The notes below the pieces were generated by a model. The model made no database searches. It was not told the origin of the DNA and saw only the letters and a program-made list of their open reading frames with translations. The position numbers were made by a program, and so were the translations under genes. This document shows, in pieces, positions 57,001-64,000 of a DNA stretch of 64,000 nt (the stretch's first letter is position 1; every line of letters starts with the position of its first letter). The DNA is from Cyanophora paradoxa CCMP329 (taxonomy: Eukaryota; Plantae; Glaucophyta), in contig QPMI01000136.1 in assembly GCA_004431415.1 (NCBI GenBank), positions 137,037 to 201,036 of the forward strand, given 5' to 3'.

Positions 57001-60000
57001 ACCGTCCCCGCCGTCTCGCACGTCGACACGCACTTGCCAGCCGTCGCGTCCGCCTGCCGCGCAGGGGCGCCGGCCCTCAATCAGCACACGTGCCCTCCGA
57101 CGAGGCGGGTCCCGACTAGTCGCTCGTCACGAGAGCGCACGTAGAGCCCGTCCGCCGCCTTGCAGGTGGCATCCGAGTTGCAGACGGTCCCCGTCGCGAT
57201 GGTGTCGCCCGCAGTGCAGGCAGCGATCTCGCAAGTCTCCGTCGTGGTCTGTTAGTGGGCCCGCCCAGCCCTCATTGATCAGAAGGGGGTAAGGAAGTGC
57301 AGATTCCAACACGCAAAGCGAATGTTCAGCGACTACGCACCACGGGCACTGTCCCGGCCGTCTCGCACGTCGCCACGCACTTGCCTGCCGTCGCGTCCAC
57401 CTGCCGCGCAGGGGCGCCGGCCCTCAATCAGTACACGCGCCCGCCACGGAGGCGGATCCCGACTAGTCGCTCTGTAAGTGAGCGCACGTAGAGCCCGTCC
57501 GCCGCCTTGCAGGTGGCCTCCAAGTTGCAGACGGTCCCCGTCGCGATGGTGTCCCCCGCAGCGCAGGCGGCGATCTCGCAAGTTTCCGTCGTGGTCTAAT
57601 AGTGCGATAAAGTGTGGCCCGCCGCGGCCCCATTGATCAGCAAGAGGCCGGAGGCGCAGCGGCCAACACGCAAAGCAAAAGTTCAGCGACTATGCACCAC
57701 GGGCACCGTCCCCGCCGTCTCGCACGTCGACACGCACTTGCCAGCCGTCGCGTCCACCTGCCGCGCAGGGGCGCCGGCCCTCAATCAGCACACGTGCTCG
57801 CCGATGAGGCGGGTCCCGACAAGTCGCTCGTCACGAGAGCGCACGTAGAGCCCGTCCACCGCCTTGCAGGTTGCGTCCGAGTCGCAGACGGTCCCCGTCG
57901 CGATGGTGTCGCCCGCAGCACAGGCAGCGATCTCGCAAGTCTCCGTCGTGGTCTGTTAGTGGGCCCGCCCAGCCCTCATTGATCAGAAGGGGGTAAGGAA
58001 GTGCAGATTCCAACACGCAAAGCGAATGTTCAACGACTACGCACCACGGGCACCGTCCCCGCCGTCTCGCACGTCGCCACGCACTTGCCCGCCGTCGCGT
58101 CCACCTGCCGCGCAGGGGCGCCGGCCCTCAATCAGTACACGCGCCCGCCATGGAGGTGGATCCCGACTAGTCGCTCTGTACGTGAGCGCACGTAGAGCCC
58201 GTCCACCGCCTTGCAGGTGGCGTCCGAGTCGCAGACGGTCCCCGTCGCGATGGTGTCGCCCGCAGTGCAGGCCGCGACCTCGCAAGTCTCTGTCGCGGTC
58301 TGATAGTGCGATGAGGTGTGGCCCGCCGCGGCCCCATTGATCAGCAAGAGGCCGGAGGCGCAGCGGCCGCCGCACAAAGCGAGTGGTCAGCGACTACGCA
58401 CCACGGGCACCGTCCCCGCCGTCTCGCACGTCGACACGCACTTGCCCGCCATCGCATCCACCTGTCCCGCAGGGGCGCCGGCCTTGAATCAGTACACGCG
58501 CCCGACGCGGCGGGTCCCGACTAGTCGCTCGTCACGAGAGCGCACGTAGAGCCCGTCCACCGCCTTGCAGGTTGCGTCCGAGTCGCAGACGGTCCCCGTC
58601 GCGATGGTGTCGCCCGCAGTGCAGGCAGCGATCTCGCAAGTCTTCGTCGTGGTCTGTTAGTGGGCCCGCCCAGCCCTCATTGATCAGAAGGGGGTGAGGA
58701 AGTGCAGATTCCAACACGCAAAGCGAATGTTCAGCGACTACGCACCACGGGCACTGTCCCGGCCGTCTCGCACGTCGACACGCACTTGCCAGCCGTCGCG
58801 TCCACCTGCCGCGCAGGGGCGCCGGCCCTCAATCAGTACACGCGCCCGCCACGGAGGCGGATCCCGACTAGTCGCTCTGTAAGTGAGCGCACGTAGAGCC
58901 CGTCCGCCGCCTTGCAGGTGGCCTCCAAGTTGCAGACGGTCCCCGTCGCGATGGTGTCCCCCGCAGCGCAGGCGGCGATCTCGCAAGTCTCCGTCGCGGT
59001 CTAATAGTGCGAGAAAGTGTGGCCCGCCGCGGCCCCATTGATCAGCAAGAGGCCGGAGGCGCAGCGGCCAACACGCAAAGCAAAAGTTCAGCGACTATGC
59101 ACCACGGGCACCGTCCCCGCCGTCTCGCACGTCGACACGCACTTGCCCACCGTCGCGTCCACCTGCCGCGCAGGGGCGCCGGCCCTCAATCAGTACGCGC
59201 GCCCGCCGACGAGGCGGGTCCCGACTAGTCGCTCGTCACGAGAGCGCACGTAGAGCCCGTCCGCCGCCTTGCAGGTGGCATCCGAGTTGCAGACGGTCCC
59301 CGTCGCGATGGTGTCGCCCGCAGTGCAGGCAGCGATCTCGCAAGTCTCCGTCGTGGTCTGTTAGTGGCCCGCCCAGCCCTCATTGATCAGAAGGGGGTGA
59401 GGAAGTGCAGATTCCAACACGCAAAGCGAATGTTCAGCGACTACGCACCACGGGCACCGTCCCGCCGTCTCGCACGTCGACACGCACTTCCCCGCCGTCG
59501 TGTCCACCTGCCGCGCAGGGGCGCCGGCCCTCAATCAGTACACGCGCCCGCCACGGAGGCGGATCTCGACTAGTCGCTCTGTACGTGAGCGCACGTAGAG
59601 CCCGTCCGTCGCCTTGCAGGTGGCATCCGAGTTGCAGACGGTCCCCGTCGCGATGGTGTCGCCCGCAGTGCAGGCCGCGACCTCGCAAGTCTCTGTTGCG
59701 GTCTGATAGTGCGATGAGGTGTGGCCCGCCGCGGCCCCATTGATCAGCAAGAGGCCGGAGGCGCAGCGGCCAACACGCAAAGCGAAAGTTCAGCGACTAC
59801 GCACCACGGGCACCGTCCCCGCCGTCTCGCACGTCGACACGCACTTGCCCGCCATCGCATCCACCTGCCGCGCAGGGGCGCCGGCCCTCAATCAGCACAC
59901 GTGCCCGCCGCCAAGGCGGGTCACGACTAGTTGCTCGTCACGAGAGCGCACGTAGAGCCCGTCCGCCGCCTTGCAGGTGGCATCCGAGTCGCAGACGGTC

Positions 60001-63000
60001 CCGTCGCGATGGTGTCGCCCGCAGCGCACACGGCAACCTCGCAAGTCTCCGTCGTGGTCTGTTAGTGGGCCCGCCCAGCCCTCATTGATCAGAAGGGGTG
60101 CAGAAGTGCAGATTCCAACACGCAAAGCGAATGTTCAACGATACGCACCACGGGCACCGTCCCCGCCGTCTCGCACGTCGACACGCACTTGCCTGCCGTC
60201 GTGTCCACCTGTCCCGCAGGGCGCCGGCCTCAATCAGTACACGCGCCCGCCACGGAGGCGGATCCCGACTAGTTGCTCGTCACGAGAGCGCACGTAGAGC
60301 CCGTCCGCCGCCTTGCAGGTTGCATCCGAGTTGCAGACGTCCCCGTCGCGATGGTGTCGCCCGCAGCGCACACGGCTACCTCGCAAGTCTCCGTCGTGGT
60401 CTGTTAGTGGGCCCGCCAGCCCTCATTGATCAGAAGGGGTGAAAAGTGCAGAGTGCAACACGCAAAGCGAATGTTCAACGACTACGCACCACGGGCACGT
60501 CCCGCCGTCTCGCACGTCGACACGCACTTGCCGCCGTCGCGTCCACCTGCCGCGCAGGGCGCCGCCCTCAATCAGTACGCGCGCCGCCGACGAGGCGGGT
60601 CCGACTAGTCGCTCGTCACGAGAGCGCACGTAGAGCCCGTCCGCCGCCTTGCAGTGCATCCGAGTTGCAGACGGTCCCCGTCGCGATGGTGTTGCCCGCA
60701 GTGCAGGCAGCGATCTCGCAAGTCTCCGTCGTGGTCTGTTAGTGGGCCCACCCAGCCCTCATTGATCAGAAGGGGGTGAGGAAGTGCAGATTCCAACACG
60801 CAAAGCGAATGTTCAGCGACTACGCACCACGGGCACCGTCCCCCCCGTCTCGCACGTCGACACGCACTTGCCTGCCGTCGCGTCCACCTGTCCCGCAGGG
60901 GCGCCAGCCCTCAATCAGTACACGCGCCCGACGAGGCGGGTCCCGACTAGTCGCTCGTCGCAAGAGCGCACGTAGAGCCCGTCCGCCGCCTTGCAGGTTG
61001 CATCCGAGTCGCAGACGGTCCCCGTCGCGATGGTGTCGCCGGCACCGCACACAGCAACCTCGCAAGTCTCCGTCGTGGTCTGTTAGTGGGCCCGCCGCGG
61101 CCCCATTGATCAGAAGGGGTGAAAAAGTGCAGAGTGCAACACGCAAAGCGAATGTTCAACGACTACGCACCACGGGCACCGTCCCCGCCGTCTCGCACGT
61201 CGCCACGCACTTGCCCGCCGTCGCGTCCACCTGCCGCGCAGGGGCGCCGGCCCTCAATCAGCACACGCGCCCGCCGACGAGGCGGGTCCGACTAGTCGCT
61301 CGTCGCGAGATCGCACGTAGAGCCTGTCCGCCGCCTTGCAGGTGGCATCCGAGTCGCAGACGGTCCCCGTCGCGATGGTGTCGCCGCAGTGCAGCCGCGA
61401 CCTCGCAAGTCTCCGTCGTGGTCTGTTAGTGGCCCGCCCAGCCCTCATTGATCAGAAGGGGTGAAGAATTGCAGATTCCAACACGCAAAGCGAAAGTTCA
61501 ACGACCACGCACCACGGGCACCGTCCCGCCGTCTCGCACGTCGACACGCACTTGCCCGCCGTCGCGTCCACCTGCCGCGCAGGGCGCCCGCCCTCAATCA
61601 GTACGCGCGCCCGCCAAGGAGGCGGGTCCCGACTAGTCGCTCATCACGAGAGCGCACGTAGAGCCCGTCCGCCGCCTTGCAGGTGGCATCCGAGTCGCAG
61701 ACGGTCCCCGTCGCGATGGTGTCGCCCGCAGCACAGGCAGCGATCTCGCAAGTCTCCGTCAGGTCTGATCGGCAATAAAGTGTGCCCGCCGGGCCCATTG
61801 ATCAGCAAGAGGCCGGAGGCGCAGCGGCCAACACGCAAAGCGAAGTTCAGCGACTACGCACCACGGGCACCGTCCCGCCGTCTCGCACGTCGACACGCAC
61901 TTGCCCGCGTCGCGTCCACTGCCGCGCAGGGGCGCGGCCCTCAATCAGTACACGCGCCGCCACGGAGGCGGATCTCGACTAGTCGCTCTGTACGTGAGCG
62001 CACGTAGAGCCGTCCGTCGCCTTGCAGGTGGCGTCGAGTTGCAGACGGTCCCCGTCGCGATGGTGTCGCCCGCAGCGCAGGCAGCGATCTCGCAAGTCTC
62101 CGTCGTGGTCTGATAGTGCAAGAAAGTGTGGCCGCCGGGGCCCATTGATCAGCAAGAGGCGAGGCGCAGCGGCCACACGCAAGCGAAGTTCAGCGACTAC
62201 GCACCACGGGCACCGTCCCGCCGTCTCGCACGTCGACACGCACTTGCCCCGTCCGCGTCCACCTGCCGCGCAGGGGCGCGGCCCTCAATCAGTACGCGCC
62301 CGCCAAGGAGGCGGGTCCCGACTTGTCGCTCTGTAAGTGAGCGCACGTAGAGCCCGCCGCGCCTTGCAGGTGGCGTCCGAGTTGCAGGCGGTCCCCGTCG
62401 CGATGGTGTGCCCGCAGTGCAGCAGCGATCTCGCAAGTCTCCGTCGTGTCTGATAGTGAAGAAGTGTGGCCGCCGGGGCCCATTGATCAGCAAGAGGCGG
62501 AGGCGCAGCGGCCAACACGCAAAGCGAAATTCAGCAACTACGCACCACGGGCACCGTCCCGCCGTCTCGCACGTCGACACGCACTTGCCGCCGTCGCGTC
62601 CACCTGCCGCGCAGGGGCGCGGGCCCTCAATCAGTACGCGCCCGCCAAGGAGGCGGATCTCGACTAGTCGCTCTGTACGTGAGCGCACGTAGAGCCCGTC
62701 GTCGCCTTGCAGGTGGCGTCCGAGTTGCAGGCGGTCCCGTCGCGATGGTGTCGCCCGCAGGCAGGCAGCGATCTCGCAAGTCTCCGTGTGGTCTGATAGT
62801 GCAGAAAGTGTGGCCGCCGGGGCCCATTGATCAGCAGAGGCGGAGGCGCAGCGGCAACACGCAAAGCGAAAGTTCAGCGACTACGCACCACGGGCACCGT
62901 CCCGCCGTTCGCACGTCGCACGCACTTGCCCGCCGTCGCGTCCACCTGCCGCGCAGGGGCGCGGCCCTCAATCAGTACACGCGCCCCGCCAGGAGGCGGG

Positions 63001-64000
63001 TCCGACTAGTCGCTCGTCACGAGAGCGCACGTAGAGCCGTCCGCCGCCTTGCAGGTTGCGTCCGAGTTGCAGGCGGTCCCCGTCGCGATGGTGTCGCCCG
63101 CAGCGCAGGCAGCGATTCGCAAGTCTCCGTCGTGGTCTGATAGTGCAAGAAAGTGTGGCCCGCCGGGGCCCATTGATCAGCAGAGGCCGGAGGCGCAGCG
63201 GCCAACACGCAAAGCGAAAGTTCCAGCGACACGCACCACGGCACCGTCCCGCCGTCTCGCACGTCGAACGCACTTGCCGCCGTCGCGTCCACCTGCCGCG
63301 CAGGGCGCGGCCTCAATCAGTACACGCGCCCGCCACGGAGCGGATCTCGACTAGTCGCTCTGTACGTGAGCGCACGTAGAGCCGTCCGTCGCCTTGCAGG
63401 TGGCGTCCGAGTTGCAGACGGTCCCGTCGCGATGGTGTCGCCCGCAGCGCAGGCAGCGATCTCGCAAGTCTCCGTCGTGGTCTGATAGTGCAAGAGTGTG
63501 GCCCGCCGGGCCCATTGATCAGCAAGAGGCCGGAGGCGCAGCGGCCAACACGCAAAGCGAAAGTTTCAGCGACTACGCACCACGGGCACCGTCCCCGCCG
63601 TCTCGCACGTCGACACGCACTTGCCCGCCGTCGCGTCCACCTGCCGCGCAGGGGCGCCGGCCCTCAATCAGTACGCGCGCCGCCACGGAGGCGGGTCCCG
63701 ACTTGTCGCTCTGTGTGAGCGCACGTAGAGCCCGTCGCCGCCGCTTGCAGGTGGCGTCCGAGTTGCAGACGTCCCCGTCGCGATGGTGTCGCCCGCAGCT
63801 GCAGGCAGCGATCTCGCAAGTCTCCGTCGTGGTCTGATAGTGCAGAGAAGTGTGGCCCGCCGCCCCATTGATCAGCAAGAGGCGGGGAGGCGCAGCGGCC
63901 AACACGCAAAGCGAAAGTTCAGCGACTACGCACCACGGGCACCGTCCCCGCCGTCTCGCACGTCGACACGCACTTGCCCGCCGTCGCGTCCACCTGCCGC
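39001..64000 (-). CDS. Giant multi-exon single-pass membrane protein (5'-partial): Cys-rich repeats, (SP)n, FN3-like, filamin/Ig-like, PKD/REJ-like, TM, cytosolic tail
   Basis: Continuous chain of exons with GTGCG/GTAC...CAG introns; stop at 39001. TM IAGITIGVIAGVAIAGALAAIALVV then KRR (~39490-39570). REJ-like LDATASFDPD, YLWTV, LRPGQTYTFALSV, YRLACGDW...PLQYAF (42.4-44.5 kb). Filamin-like FRIELRDAQG, VRDAFGN, DACGN (46.5-48.3 kb). Repeated PxITTPATD/FN3-like modules (48.6-49.7 kb). PSPSP linker (49.7-49.8 kb). Confidence 0.85.
50105..64000 (-). repeat. About 40 tandem copies of a ~345-357 bp unit: exon A (108 nt), intron, exon B (60 nt), intron; encodes a 56-aa 6-Cys repeat
   Basis: Exon A TTTETCEIAACAAGDTIATGTVCDSDATCKAADGLY|gtgcgc; exon B cag|VDATAGKCVSTCETAGTVPV|gtgcgt or gtgagt. 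Both introns are phase 0 with ctgat/ttgat branch-like motifs. I counted 40 copies of exon A. Confidence 0.92.

Noticed and set aside
50105-64000. Array read as CRISPR or as many small ORFs
   Set aside because: There are no unique spacers or cas genes; the units resolve into exons and spliceosomal introns on the minus strand.
59400-64000. Frameshifts in later repeat units as real pseudogenisation
   Set aside because: They are mostly single-base losses in homopolymers that increase toward the window end, the pattern of low-coverage long-read consensus error; needs a read check.

Overview
Eukaryotic, very GC-rich, intron-dense DNA (short introns with GTGCG/GTGAG donors and at least one apparent GC-AG intron, typical of a GC-rich alga or protist; organism not identified). 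There are three zones. (1) 1-7.5 kb: an AT-rich, intronless, tightly packed + strand block that looks like one end of an endogenous DNA virus. It carries a phage-tail-fibre-like gene with HxH repeats and four paralogous fibre genes that share one N-terminal domain but have different heads (two C1q, two of another type). (2) 7.5-38.8 kb: a decayed mobile-element region. It holds LINE fragments, a GC satellite, broken histone H3-like, P450, F-box and RING genes, a hAT MITE with an 8-bp TSD, and a TA-flanked TIR element with a nested poly(A) retro-insertion. It also holds an intron-containing gene combining Ulp1-like protease, tyrosine recombinase, C2H2 zinc finger and GIY-YIG motifs, and a UL9/origin-binding-protein-like SF2 helicase pseudogene. 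(3) 39.0-64.0 kb: one giant minus-strand host gene for a single-pass membrane protein (Cys-rich repeat array, Ser-Pro linker, FN3-like and filamin/Ig-like repeats, REJ-like region, TM), whose 5' part is about 40 tandem copies of a two-exon/two-intron unit. Most long Arg/Pro/Ala-rich ORFs in the track are GC-bias artefacts. All domain calls come from motif recognition by eye; no searches were run.
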